Under the pieces are notes generated by a model. That model made no database searches. It saw only the letters and a list, made by a program, of their open reading frames with translations, and had not been told where the DNA came from. The position numbers were made by a program, and so were the translations under genes. Shown one piece after another: positions 36,613 through 50,195 of a stretch of 64,000 nucleotides of DNA. Every line of letters starts with the position of its first letter. Positions within the stretch are counted from its first letter, which is position 1. The stretch is from Stegostoma tigrinum (Eukaryota): positions 2,408,689 through 2,472,688 of the forward strand of contig NC_081369.1 in the NCBI RefSeq assembly GCF_030684315.1, given 5' to 3'.

Positions 36613-39600
36613 ATCTGGTAGTAGGAACAATTACAATATTTAAATAGCACGTAGATGGGTACATGAAGAGGAAGTGTTCGAAGGGAGATGTTGGCAAATG
36701 GGACGAGACTAATTTAGGATATCTGGTCGGCATGGATGAGTTGGACAAATAGTCTTTGTCCATACTGCACAGTTCTACTCTATTCCTAATGGTGCTAATT
36801 TGGAAGGAATCTATGACAAACAAAAGTCCACAACTGCAAAGAATCTATTCATCCTGTGCCATGTTTTGTAAAGTATTTTAGTAAAGCAATTGTCATGGTT
36901 AAAAAAGAAACTTCCAAGTCAATTATTAACTTCAGATACTGATTTTTTTAAAAAAATGAACAGTACCACAAAATCAGAAACTTGAGCTCGCACTGAACAT
37001 TATATATATTTAAATCCTACATCAAAAATGTAGGACTGAATAAAGAATAACTTGAGTGGAAGCATATACCTGCTTTATTTAATGTAATAATGTAAAGCTC
37101 GACATTTTTTGGAGTAAAACAATCAACAGTACATTTTTCAAATTATGAATGACACTAGTCTGAAACTGGAGTAGCTGCAGGACTACAGAAATGCAAAGGA
37201 AAAGGATGATTGTAGCAATTAAATGGTCTTGACTTGTCAAGGTCATTATTTCTGAGATGCTGCAAGGAACTTTACAGTGAAGTGCTTTGATGTCTTGTGT
37301 TGGCAGCCAAACAGGTGGGTCATCAAGGGATATTGGTATGAGCATTGGATGGACAGAGCATTACTATTTGTTGCATGCACTTTAACAGTCATGTTTGAGT
37401 TGAAAAGATGAACAATTAACAAAGTCAAGTAGGCATTGGCACAGCGGTCATGTTCATGGTCTAATAATTCATTGGACCAAACTAATGTTCTGTGATCTTG
37501 AGTTAAGATTCCATGATGACAGAAGGAGAAAACTGAATCCAATTCAAGAATCCAGAATTTAAAGTTAGCCTAATTGTGATCGTATAACACTTTTGACTTT
37601 TGTAAAAGGTATTGGGATCATTAATGTCATTACAGAAGGAAATGTGCAATTCTTATTCGCTCGAACCTAAATGTGATTCAAGGCCCAAAGTCATGTTATT
37701 GACTCTTAATGGCGCTCTAAGCATTCCGCACAAGTTAAGGTGCAATGAGGAGTGGGCAATAATTGTAGCCAATTATCACTTAGGCCTATTTAGCTTCCCA
37801 AAAGAGAAAAGAAAGACATTAGTACATATGCAGAACAAAAATAACATTGACAGGATTGATAAAATCAGCATTATTGCTTGAATGATAGTGAATGATCAAA
37901 TCAAATTAAAAAATGAAATAAAACATTAACAAATTAAAAAGAATAAAACAATAAACAACTGAAACATATGTTTGACACAGTAAAAACCATCCTACATTGA
38001 AAAAAAATGAAAGAATATGAAAACATCGGTATTTTCATGATGTAACAGTAAAAAGATGAGAAAACTCTGTCAATGTAGTTTTTTTGAGAAAGCTACTAAA
38101 AAAACAATGATATTTACTTATTCTGTGAAACATAGCAGAGAGTTCAAGAGAATGATAGGTTTAATAGTTTGAATGAAGCCAGTTGCCGCATCAAATGTGA
38201 CATGTTAGGCAAGTTTGGTGGCAAAATAGATTTGGTCCATGAGGCATTAAAGGAAGATAAGAAGTTAATGACAACTTTTTGAAAGCAGTGAAAAGCCACA
38301 CAGAGGACTGCACCAGACAGAAATCATACAAAACACCCAATAATGCCAATATCACTTGATATTGTGAGTGCATCTTTAAATTTGGCTGCTGGTCTTCGCC
38401 GCTGTATACAATGGAGTTGCAGTTTTGTGTTCTGGTTCCAAGGTTAACTTGGAAGCTTTTCAAATTCATAACAACGCAAGTCAGCTGGCTTTTTCTCATG
38501 CTGTCTTTGGTCTGTAAAATTACATTGAAAGTAATCCATTTTTGCCTCAAATTTCATAAAATGCGAAGAATTTTTCAGTTATCCAGAAAACAAATGATTG
38601 TAATAAAGAAAATAATTACTGTATTCAAACATATGAACAGAAAAGTATCTCTAGATATATTGTTCTTTTAATCCTGGGGCTTAGAAACTTTCACATCCTT
38701 TGAGTAGACCATTTTAAGATCACTAAACATTAATCTATCTTGTGCTGTCTCTTGTTTCTTCTGGTAAGTTAAAGTTTAGCATTCAAGAATTTATCTTTTC
38801 TGGAGTTAAGAATCAATGTTCCTTTAGTAACCAATGAGAATTACTTCATCTCCTTGAGTTTACTACAGCATGCTGTTACATTGTTAATCATTGAACGCTT
38901 CTGTATCCAGTCTCCTTCTCTCCACTGGGCAAAAATGAAAGTTGCCTCATTGGCTGATGATGTGAAGGTGCTGGTGTCGGATTTGTGTGGACAAAGTCAG
39001 AAACCCCACGACACCAGGTTATAGTCCTCAACAAAACTCCTCCAGAAAAGTATCCCTAACACACTCTGAAAGTCATTCTTCACAACTTTAGTGCTTGTTA
39101 GTTTGTAAAGCCTATGTCTTGATTGAATCCAGCCATGACTGTTGCAAAACCTATGCACTGCATTTCACTGATCTTTTTATTTTGCCCTTACTTCATATTA
39201 CTAGTGGTGTTTCTGGCTTATAAGCTCTCTGCAGATGTTTCATCCTGCTTGCTCTTGAGATGCTGCTTGGCCTGCTGTGTTCATCCAGCTTCACACTTTA
39301 TTATCTTGGATTCTCCAGCATCTGCAGTTCCCATAATCACTATTACAGCAAAATAGCTTGTTTTGTTGAGGAGGGAAACAGCATTATTCAGTTAAAAAAG
39401 GAGCTGTTATGAATGTGTTTTTGTTTCTGTCAGAAGTCACAGGAAACTAGGTTATAGTTTGACAGGGTTTGTGGAGTCACAAACTTTCCAGCAGCTGCAC
39501 CTTCATCAGGTGAAAATGACCTGAGGAAGGAGCATCCCTCACAAATCTTGTTACTTCAAACAAACCTGTTGGACTATAACCTGGTACGTGTGACTTCTGA

Positions 39601-39819
39601 CTTTGTCTCCACCCCATTCCATCACTGGCACCTCAATTTTATAACTTGTTCTTGCACAGCGAAATGCCTGGAAAACCATTGAAAACACGACGATGTAGTA
39701 AAACAGCGTGCAACATTAGATTTAGAATGGTATTAATGTCGGGCACTTTGCCCCATTCATTGGACTAAAGCTACTGGGCATGAGACAGGTGCCGTGGAAC
39801 AGGAGATAGAGCTCTAAGT

Positions 39820-41378
39820 TTCTGCACCTACACAGGGCACAAACCCCACCTCTTCCTCCGGTACATTGATGACTGTATCGGCGCCGCCTCTTGCTCCCCA
39901 GAGGAGCTCAAACAGTTCATCCACTTCACCAACACCTTCCACCCCAACCTTCAGTTCACCTGGGCCATCTCCAGCACATCCCTCACCTTCCTCGACCTCT
40001 CAGTCTCCATCTCAGGCAACCAGCTTGTAACTGATGTCTATTTCAAGCCCACTGACTCCCACAGCTTCCTAGAATACAACTCCTCCCACCCACGCTCCTG
40101 CAAAAATTCCAGCCCCTATTTCCCAATTCCTCCACCTCTGCCGCATCTGCTCCCACGATGAGGCATTCCACTCCCGCACATCCCAGATGTCCAAGTTCTT
40201 CAAGGACCGCAACTTTCCCCCCACAGTGGTCGAGAATGCCCTTGACCGCGTCTCCCGCATTTCCCGCAACACATCCCTCACACCCCGCCCCCGCCACAAC
40301 CGCCCAAAGAGGATCCCCCTCATTCTCACACACCACCCCACCAACCTCTGGATACAACGCATCATCCTCCGACACTTCCGGCATCTACAATCCGACCCCA
40401 CCACCCAAGACATTTTTCCATCCCCACCCTTGTCTGCTTTCCGGAGAGACCACTCTCTCCGTGACTCCCTTGTTCACTCCACACTGCCCCCCAACCCCAC
40501 CACACCCGGCATCTTCCCCTGCAACCGCAGGAAATGCTACACTTGCCCCCACACTTCCTCCCTCACCCCTTATCCCAGGCCCCAAGATGACTTTCCATAT
40601 TAAACAGAGGTTCACCTGCACATCTGCCAATGTGGTATACTGTATCCATTGTACCCGGTGTGGCTTCCTCTACATTGGGGAAACCAAGCGGAGGCTTGGG
40701 GTCCGCTTTGCAGAACACCTCCGCTCGGTTCACAATAAACAACTGCACCTCCCATTCGCAAACCATTTCCACTCCCCCTCCCATTCTCTAGATGACATGT
40801 CCATCATGGGCCTCCTGCAGTGCCACAATGATGCCACCCGAAGGTTGCAGGAACAGCAACTCATATTCCGCTTGGGAACCCTGCAGCCCAATGGTATCAA
40901 TGTGGACTTCACCAGCTTCAAAATCTCCCCTTCCCCCACCGCATCCCAAAACCAGCCCAGTTCGCCCCCTCCCCCCACTGCACCACACAACCAGCCCAGC
41001 TCCTCCATTCCACCCACTGCATCCCAAAACCAGCCCAGCCTGTCTCTGCCTCCCTAACCTGTTCTTCCTCTCACCCATCCCTTCCTCCCACCCCAAGCCA
41101 CACCTCCATTTCCTACCTACTAACCTCATCCCACCTCCTTGACCTGTCCACCTTCCTTGGACTGACCTATCCCCTCCCTACCTCCCCACCTATACTCTCC
41201 TCTCCACCTATCTTCTTTTCTCTCCATCTTTGGCCCGCCTCCCCCTCTGTCTCTATTTATTCCAGAACCCTCACCCATCCCCCTCTCTGATGAAGGGTCT
41301 ACGCCCGAAACGTCAGCTTTTGTGCTCCTGAGATGCTGCTGGGCCTGCTGTGTTCATCCAGCCTCACATGTTATTACC
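39820..41378 (+). mobile_element. Young Penelope-like element inserted in the 5' LTR of provirus B
   Basis: Same family as 31008-32750; TSD agagct(c/t)caagt-like at 39808-39819 (agagctctaagt) and 41379-41390 (agagctccaagt). Confidence 0.95.
41283..41318 (+). ncRNA. Minimal type I hammerhead ribozyme motif in Penelope terminus
   Basis: CTGATGA-a-GGG tctacg CCC-GAAAC-GTC. Intact CUGANGA and GAAA boxes, short stem II, palindromic stem III (ACGT); predicted cleavage after 41314. Confidence 0.7.
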
Positions 41379-42034
41379 AGAGCTCCAAGTACTGCCATCG
41401 CCAAAGTCCTTCAGGAGAGGAAAGGCAGTGTGAAACTCACATGTTTAATGTATATCTCTGTAGTTTAACATAACCATTTAACCTTCATACATATGTGCAT
41501 ACATTATACACTCACACATTAATTCATATTATTAATTACTAATTCATGTATTTCAACCCAATAAATTACCTTTATACTGAAGCACACACATCTTCTTGTC
41601 ATTATTTTGATCAGACCTACAAGAACAAGTTAGGGACTTTCAGCCTAAAAAGGCATTGGGCATTGTAAGCGGCATCTGAGCAAAATATTCAAGAAGAGGA
41701 CACTTTGTTGGAACATTCAGTGTCCCGGGACAGTCCTTTCATGATTAGTTCAGTGTGTTACGTTGTCTGTAGCTGATAAAGGGATTAGGAGCAGAATCCC
41801 AAGGGATGACTTTGTGCCATGAAGGGCTGTCTGGGGGAAAGGGGTTTCCCAAAGCAAACCAAGGATATCACCCACATGGGGTAGATCCTGCTAAGCGGCC
41901 TCCCGTATGCTGCCCCGGGAAGTGTAAGATTTAAAGCAGGCGAACTGGACATTGACCGCTGTGCTGCCGAGGGCGTCTCGGACTGTTCAGGAAAGAACAG
42001 ATAAAGCCGAGAAGAATCAGACCAGTAGAGGCTG

Positions 42035-42263
42035 CAGAGATAACAGGAACTGCAGATGCTGGAGAATGAGATAACATGGTGTGGAGCAAGATGAACACAG
42101 CAGGCCAAGCAGCATCTGAGGAGCAGGAAAGCTGACGCTTCGGGCCTAGACCCTTCATCATAATTTTCTGACGAGGGGTCTCAGCCCGAAACGTCAGCTT
42201 TCCTGCTCCTCAGATGCTGCTTGGCCTGCTGTGTTCATTCAGCTCCACACCTTGTTATCTCCA
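42035..42263. mobile_element. Palindromic Penelope mini-element (two inverted termini)
   Basis: ~95-bp near-perfect inverted arms; TSD tagaggctg at 42026-42034 and 42264-42272. Confidence 0.88.
42164..42199 (+). ncRNA. Minimal hammerhead ribozyme motif
   Basis: CTGACGA-g-GGG tctcag CCC-GAAAC-GTC; intact core. Confidence 0.65.
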
Positions 42264-44600
42264 TAGAGGCTGAAAATTGACCACAGTCCAGCCAAAAAAA
42301 AGTGGGTGAGCCAGGAAAAACAAACTGGAAAGCGAATACAGCTAAAATTCGCTTTTCATTAGCTTCAATTGATCAGGTCCCCAATCACTAGGATTGCTAT
42401 TCATCCAGTTTGGTGTATGTACAGACTGATGGCGAAGGAGTCCCTAATGATGATAATGTGGCCCGTAGCTTGCCCGTTTGCAACTAATACAGCTAAGGGG
42501 CATGGCCAGCAGACCCCCACAGCATGCTTGCATTGTGCGGGATTACCCACTGACAGGATTGTAGGATTTGGGAAAAATATTCCATGAGAAAGCAGAGCAC
42601 TGGGAGTTTGGATAACCCGGCTGTGGGGCTCTGTGGTGTCTAATGCTTCTCTCAATAATGAGGAGCCTTCTCAACATACACAGCCACACAGAATGCTGTA
42701 CATGGAGAACAGTGAACAGGAACATTAGTTGTATGGACACATGGAACAGTGAGAACTAACTGCCTGTACACCATAGATTGGGAGCAAGAAGCTGTCCAGT
42801 GATGTACAATGTCACAGGGAAGTCCCCAATTCCGGAGTTGGCTGCACAAACGGGATTGATTGCTAACAATCTCCAGGGATGGACCAAGAAGATTTCACAA
42901 CCCGAATGAGAAACTAGCTCATGCATAATGAACCATCTCATCTCAGAGGCAAGCTGCTGGCGATGTTGGGGCCAGCTCAGGCAGACCAGTCAGTGAAGTT
43001 GTAATGTTGTTTGGACAGTTAGTTGATGCAGAAGTACACCAAGCATAATGCAGGAGAACGGCGACAAGGGAAACCCAGGAAAGGACAGGTAATGAAAGAA
43101 GAAAATCAGCAAAATGAGATCTTTACTGCTGTGTGGGAAACAGGCACTGACAGGTCCGAAATAGACAGAAAATGCATGGCATCACCATCAGTGCCATATG
43201 TTCCTTCTGGAAGAAGATTTGCAAATCCGTAAGGGTCCAAAGGGGACACCGACTCCTCCCATGGTGTGAGACACCAATTCTGATTGAGATGCTCCTTCCC
43301 AGAAAAGAAAGGATACACCAGAGTTCCTTCTGCACCCTACATGAGAGGAATTGGACCAGATGTGGAGAGTGAGTTATCCCCTGGACTGTAAAGATGGCCA
43401 GGCCACTGAGCTGTGACTAAAATGGCAAGCCATACATCCCTATCACAATTCATTGGAGAAATGGAAATAAATAGCAAGTTATGGTCTTATCCAATACCAT
43501 CCAGACATGTCAGAACTAAAATGGCTGTAAATAGATTCAAGAGAGCAGAAAGGCCAACATTGCAGGTACTGGTGTGATTGGCATTGCGAAATTGACCACC
43601 GGGGATGCTGTCTGTGTCAATATGGAACGTAAATGGAAATACTATAGGAGTGGATGTTGTGATGGGTAAGGACTCTAATAGCAACAATTTTTTGGCACAT
43701 TGAAGTGAAGTGGGTACCCCAATACATTCCAGTCCCTTCACAAATTGTTAGCACTAAGCAGTATTGAGGGCAGAAGGAGATCACAGACACTATTGAAGGG
43801 TCAGTGACAGTAAGGGTTGCATGATCTGTTATCTTCCTGTATAACAGCCTTGTATGGCCAGTAAAGAAACTGGACAGTAAAGATGGCCAATCACTGACTG
43901 TTGAAGCAACACGCACCACTAATTGTCATCAGCTCTCCCAGATATTGTAACATTACTGGAGTTAGCGTCATTGGGAACTGATGAACAGTATGCCATAGGT
44001 GACCACACTCATGCTTTCTTCTCCACTGCCCTTGATGAGAATTCACAGAATCAGCTTCCTTTCAGATGGGAGGGCAGAGAGCACACAGTTTGTGGTTGCA
44101 AGGGGCCTACCTGCACAGCCTAACTCTCTGCCATGGTTTAATAGCCAGGATCTGGAGACGTTTTCTCTCTCCAGTGATATAACAGCCTTTTATATTGATG
44201 ATATACTGATACATGGCTCTTTAGAAGGCCCAATCATCATTGACATAGCAACTTTGACTCAGCTTCAGTTTAGAGGCTCAAAATTTATTCCTAAGAAAAC
44301 ACAGAAATCTAACAGTGTTATTTGCTGAGAATACAATGAGCCAGGTAGAGCGTGTGATTTCTGACAAAATGGGAAAAAAATCAGTGAGCTGCAAGCCTGG
44401 ACCATGAAAGAAATGGCCCAAAGCTTCATGGCGATTTTCGGTTATTGAAGATGCACATCTTTACAACTCAATTACACCTCACCACTCTCCTGGTTTCTTA
44501 CTATGACTTTGGGATACAGTTCCTGAGGGCAATGTGATTAGCTGCTTAGTCAAAATGCAGCAGAGATAATGGGACACAAACCAACTTGGGGATGATTATG

Positions 44601-44966
44601 AGATAGTAGGAACTGCAGATGCTGGAGAATCTGAAATAACATGGTGTAGTGCTGGATGAACACAGCAGGCAAAGCAGTTCAGAGGAGCAGGAAGGCTGAC
44701 ATTTTGGAGCTAGACCCTTCTTCAGAAAGTTTCCAGAGGGAGGAGGGTAACTTCTTCAGTGTAGGCATCCTTAGAAGAGGATTCTCAGTGGGGTTAAAGT
44801 TGTTTCAGAGATAGTAGGAACTGCAGCTGCTGGAGAATCTGAGATAACATGGTGTACAGCCAGATGAACACAGCAGGCCAAGCAGCATCGGAGGAGCAGG
44901 GAGGCTGACGTTTCAGGCCGAGACTCTTCTCCAGAAATTTTCTTTCAAAAATTTCCCCAAGAAATA
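44601..44966 (-). mobile_element. Tandem Penelope terminal-repeat fragment
   Basis: Two direct copies of the terminus; TSD ttgggga(t/c)gattatg at 44586-44600 and 44967-44981; empty site in copy A near 9021. Confidence 0.85.
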
Positions 44967-46575
44967 TTGGGGACGATTATGGTTGATCTTTAATCCAGGC
45001 CTATTAAATGCCATGCAGTTACACCATCTTCGGTAGTTTTATAACATTTGTACTCCAGTGTTCAAACCAAATATTGTTTTTACTGTGACAGTGGGGATGA
45101 CGATTGGAAATAATTTAACTTCCCATTGTCGCTCTGAATACAGACCATTAATGCAACAGAGGAGGGGCAAGAGAGATGCACTCCTGACTATTCTCGGCTG
45201 AGCAGAAGCAGGAATACATTGATTAACTTCCATGGGTATTGAAACGCTACAATATAAAATTGTTGAAGCTGGGCAACGAACCAAGGAAGCTATTAAACTA
45301 CTTGTTATGTGGACAAAATCATTAGCCTATAGAGATTTAGCCAGTTGTTTTTGACTGACATGGTTTGGAAGTTTACTTCTAGCACAACCTAGGAAATACA
45401 TCAGGCCTAGATAAATCCGAGTGCCCAAGCTAACCGAATGCATTGTAAGCTGCTCCCACTATACAGTTTAGCACAAGGAAATGAAGTGACCAATGTACTG
45501 AAATCCGGACATTTGTTGTCTTGGAAAGAATTATTTCACCTCACCATTATGAACTTAACACTTCTACCTGCTTTAGTAAAGAGTTATTGCAATGCCACAG
45601 TACAGAAAGCCTATTCTTTGTATTTCTTTAATTTAATGCAGCAGCAAACATGATGCCAGTTTATCACCTGACCTCATCTGTTTCAGGCATTTGTGTTTTA
45701 TGGCACATGGCTGGATAACAACAATGAGACCCATTAGGAACAATAACCAGAAGGCCTGGTATGTCCCTTATATATTCCCTATCATTGAAACATCGAGCAA
45801 TCATCTGTGAAATTGGCCTAAACCATATGTTTGATTCCTGCAGTGATATTGTCTACCTTAATGATAAGGGACAGGAACCATCCACCAAGCTCTTTCGGGA
45901 CAAAATATATGCTTTCTATGATTAAATTAGATATAAACACCACATAATCTAAGAATGGGAGGCGATAACTGTGTACTAAGTCAGGTATCTGCACATGTGA
46001 TGTTTTCTTTGCCAGGCATCACAGATTAGTTCTCACTTGGCAACGGGACACCATTGCTTTTTATAGCAAGAAACTGCCATGACATACAGCCATGATCAAC
46101 TGATTCACAAGGCACACAATTTAGGAACTCATACTATGCATCATTAGTGGGTCATATTTAACGGGTGGTCACCAAAATCCTCAGCAGTACTCCCAGCATT
46201 ATGGTATCCAAATGTTTATATTATTGTTGATTGTTTGTTTCTCATTTTTATGTACCTGTGTAATGGCCTGTAAACTATACCACAAGTAGAAAGAACTTGA
46301 AGATATTGAGCTGCATGTATATGCTTGTATAAGGTTTTGATGAGCTGTTTTGAAAACATGAATGGGTGTTGTGTAGTGTGAGCTTAAAAATGACATCTCC
46401 AAACCAGGGTGAATCATTCAGAGTTAATTGGGCATTAAATTCAGTAATTCAAGACAAATGGAAAGTGACAGGTTTACTGTAAAAATGGCCTTCTTTGACT
46501 GAGCTGTAACGGCATGAGCTCAACTGGGTGGTTGGCCAAAGTCCCCTTCCAGTCTGAAAAGCTGTTTGAGAATCA

Positions 46576-47920
46576 GAGACAACACAGTGTAGAGTTGGAG
46601 AAACACAACAGACCACGCAGCATCACAGGAGCAGGAAAGCTGACTTTGGGGATCGGGACCCTGCTTTAGAATGGATGAGGGGAAGGGGGCTCTGAAATCA
46701 ATAGAGAGAGCAGAAGTTGATAGCAGGTAGATAGTGGTGGGGATTGATCAGTGAGATGGGAGGAGCAGATAGTGGGAGTGAAGACGGACAGATCAATGAG
46801 GCTGGGACAAGAGGGGATGCTGGTCTTGGGATGAGGTCAGGGCTGGGGAGATGTTGAAGCTGGTAAAGTCCACATTGAGACCATTGGGTTGTAGACTTCC
46901 AAGGTGGAATGTGAGGTGCTATTCCTCCAGCTTCCGGGTGGCACCATTGGACACGGGTGGACGCCCAGCATGGACATCTTGTCCAGGGAGTGGGAGGAGA
47001 AATAGAATTGGTTCGGGACTGGGAGGTGTTGCCATTTGTTGCAGATTGAGCATAGGTGTTCTACAAAATGGGCTCCGAGCCTCCGCTAGAACTCACCGAT
47101 ATAGAGGAGGCCACATTGGGAACAACAGATACAATAGACCACATTAGCAAATGTGCAGGTGAACATCTGTTTAATGTGGAAGGGTTTTTTCAGGCATGGG
47201 ATGGAGGTGAGGAGGAAGATGTGGGGTCAGGTGTAGCACCTCCTGCGATTGCAGTGAAAGGCGTTGGGGTGTTGGGGCTAGTGGGGAGTGTGGAGCAGAT
47301 GAGGGAGTCATGGAGAGAGCAGTGCCCCAGGAAGGTGGGTAAGAGTGGGGAGAGAAATATATCCGTCATGGTGGGGTCAGATTGCAGGTGTCGAAAGTGG
47401 CAGAGAGTGATGAGTTGAATCCGGAGGTTGATGGGGTGGTATGTGAGGATGAAGGGTATTCTGCCTTTGTTGTTGTTGCGGGGAGGGGTGTGAGGACTGA
47501 GGTGTGGGAAACACAAAAGATGCGGGCGAGGGCATTTTCGACCACTGTGGGCGGGAGGGGCGGGGTAAGTTGTGGTCCTTGAAGTACGAAGACATCTGGG
47601 ATTTCGGGAGTGAAATGCTTCTTCTTGGGAGCAGATGCGGCGGAGGCGGAAGAATTGGGGAGTAGGGGATCACATTCTTGCAGAAAGGTGGGAGGAGGTG
47701 TAGCCTAGGTAGCTGTTGGAAATCAGTGGGCTCTCTCCTATTACCAGCCCCTGCTCTCTATTTATTTCAGAGCCCCCATTCCTCCCCCATTTCTGAAGAA
47801 GGGTCCCAACTCAAAATGTCAGCTTTCCTGCTCCTCTGATGCTGCCTGGCCTGCAGTGTTCCTCCAGCTCCACACTGTGCTACCTCAGACTCCAGCATCA
47901 GCAGTTCTTACTATTTCCCA
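46576..47920 (-). mobile_element. Penelope-like element with inverted terminal segment, in the 3' LTR of provirus B
   Basis: TSD gtttgagaatca at 46564-46575 and 47921-47932; decayed RT-EN on the minus strand plus an inverted terminal repeat at ~47735-47920. Confidence 0.88.
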
Positions 47921-48209
47921 GTTTGAGAATCACTTCTTTTTAACATATATCTGAGTATTTAACCTAACCATTTAACTTTAACATGTAACCATAATTTAAA
48001 ATGTCAGTTATAAATTCATATGTATATGAAGTATGAACAAAATAAATTAGCTCTAATAATGAGCGCTCTTGTCTTCTTATAATTATTTCAATCCAACGTT
48101 AAAATTGTCCATTAGATACTTTCGGCCGAACAAAACAGAAAGATTTGCTTGCACTAGGGAGGCTTCAGAGAGCTTCACCAGGATGCTGTCTGGTTTGGAA
48201 CATTTTAGC

Positions 48210-48628
48210 TGCGAAGGATATATTTCCCTCCCCACTCTTATATGCCTTCCTGGGGGACCACTCTCTCTGCGACTCCCTCATCTGCTCCACACTCCCCACT
48301 AGCCCCACCACCAACAACAACTTTCCCTGCAATCCTAGGAGGTGCTACACCTGCCCCGCATCTCCCCCCTCACCTCCATCTGAGGCTCCAAAAATCCCTT
48401 CCACATTAAACAGATGTTCACCTGCACATTGGCTAATGTGGTCTATTGTATTTGCTGTTTGCAATGTGGCCTCCTCTATATTTGTGAGGTCAAACGGTGG
48501 CTCAGGGATCACTTTGAAGAACACCCACACTCACTTTGCGACAAATGGCAACACCTCCCAGTCCCGAACCACTTCAATTTCCACTCCCACTCCCTGGACG
48601 ACATGTCCATCCTGGGCATCCTCCAGGA
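48210..48628 (+). mobile_element. Penelope GIY-YIG fragment inside a CR1 remnant
   Basis: FTCTLANVVYCICCLQCGLLYICEVKR. Confidence 0.8.
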
Positions 48629-48789
48629 GAAGTGCAAACTGTTTTATTTGGAGCAGAGAAGTTTGAGGGGAGCCCTGATTGAGGTGTATACAATTATGAA
48701 GGAATAGACAGGTGGATTACAAGTGACTGTTCCCTTTAGTTTAAGGGTGAGTAACATAACGTCATAGTTTATAGAGGTAAAGTCAAGAG

Positions 48790-50195
48790 TTCCTGAGCAC
48801 CATCAAAGACACCAAGATAGAAGAGGATGAAATAATGGTCTCCTTTGACATAACAGCCCTGTTCACATCCATCAGCATCAACCTGGCCGAAGAAACACTG
48901 ATGACACTATTAGAAGAACAGAAGACACATACACCAGACACCACCAACCTCATCAGCAAGGACAACATCATCAAGCTAGTGGACCTATGCCTTACCACCC
49001 ACTTCACTTTCAATAACAAAACCTACAGACAAACCAACGGAACACCTGTGGGACCTCCGATATCATGGTTCTTAGCAGAGGCAGTAATGCAGAGACTCGA
49101 ACAAACAGCTCTGCCAATCATCCAACCCAAACTTTGGATCCGCTACTTGGATGGCACCTTTGTCATCACTAAACAAAACAAATTAGAGGAAACCTTCAAG
49201 ACCATCAATAATACCCTTACTGGCAGAACATTCACAAAAGAGGAGGAAAACAACAACAAACTGCCATTCCTAGATGTCACAGTAGAGCGAACAGCCAATG
49301 GGGAACTTCAAACCAGCATCTACAGGAAAACAACACATACGGACCAAATACTGAACTACAGGAGCAACCATCCCAACACCCACAAATGAAGTTGCATTAG
49401 AACATTATTTCAATGAGCCACCACACACTGCAGCACAGAGGAACTACGAGGAGCAGAAGAAAATCACCAAACAGTGTATTCAAAAAGAACAGGTACCCAA
49501 CGAACACAGTCCGCCAATTTCTCAGCAACAAACCCAAACAAACAGACAAAACCACAACCACTCTCCCCTACATCAAAGACATTTCCGAAATGGCTGCCAG
49601 ACTACTCAGACCTCTTGGCATCATGGTAGCCCACAAACCCACCAACACACTAAAACAACAGCTTAAACGGCCCTATACAGACAACAGGCAAAACGAACAT
49701 CATTTACAAAATACCTTGCAAGAACTGTGACAAACACTACATTGGACAAACTGGCAGAAAGCTAGCCACCAGGATACATGAACATCAACTAGCCACAAAA
49801 CGACATGACCCACTATCACTCATATCCTTACATACAGATGAGGAAGGACACCACTTTGATTGGGACAACACATCCATCCTAGGACAAGACAAAAAGAGAC
49901 ATGCACGAGAATTCCTAGAAGCATGGCATTCCAACCGGAACTCCATCAACAAACACATTGATTTGGAGCCCATCTACCACCCTCTGAGAAAAAGAACAGG
50001 AAATGACATTACCAACCCAAGGAAACCTCAGCAGAAAAATAGAAAGCGGGACATAACACCAGCGCTTCACCAGAGGCTCACTGATGATGTTACCTAGTAT
50101 GGTGACAAAACGTCTGAAAATGAACCTTCCAGCGCAGTGAGCAAACATACATCCAGAGCCTCAACCTGAGCTACAAATCTTCTCAAAATTCGCTA
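48790..50195 (+). mobile_element. Second Penelope family element (RT plus GIY-YIG), 5'-truncated
   Basis: VSFDITALFTSI, QTNGTPVGPP, RYLDGTF, LPFLDV, IYRKTTHTDQILNY and HYIGQTGRKL; TSD gtaaagtcaagag at 48777-48789 and 50196-50208. Confidence 0.92.
50077..50118 (+). ncRNA. Hammerhead motif of the second Penelope family, probably inactivated
   Basis: TCA-CTGATGA-t-GTTACC tagtat GGTGAC-AAAAC-GTC-TGA; the GAAA box reads AAAA. Confidence 0.6.

Larger units (their letters stand above)
39650..48137 (+). mobile_element. Class III provirus copy B (segmental duplicate), interrupted by four Penelope-derived insertions
   Basis: Colinear with copy A. RT remnants LVWPVKK, LPDIVTLLE, HAFFSTALDENSQNQ and FYIDDILI (43850-44215). 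Env RRGKRDALLTILG (45160) and WVIFNGWSP (46150). 3' LTR 46372-48137; partial 5' LTR ~39650-41650. Confidence 0.85.

Noticed and set aside
38191-38400. Signal-peptide-like MHSQYQVILALLGVLYDFCLVQSS
   Set aside because: No suitable splice donor or downstream Ig exon found; AT-rich chance ORF likely.
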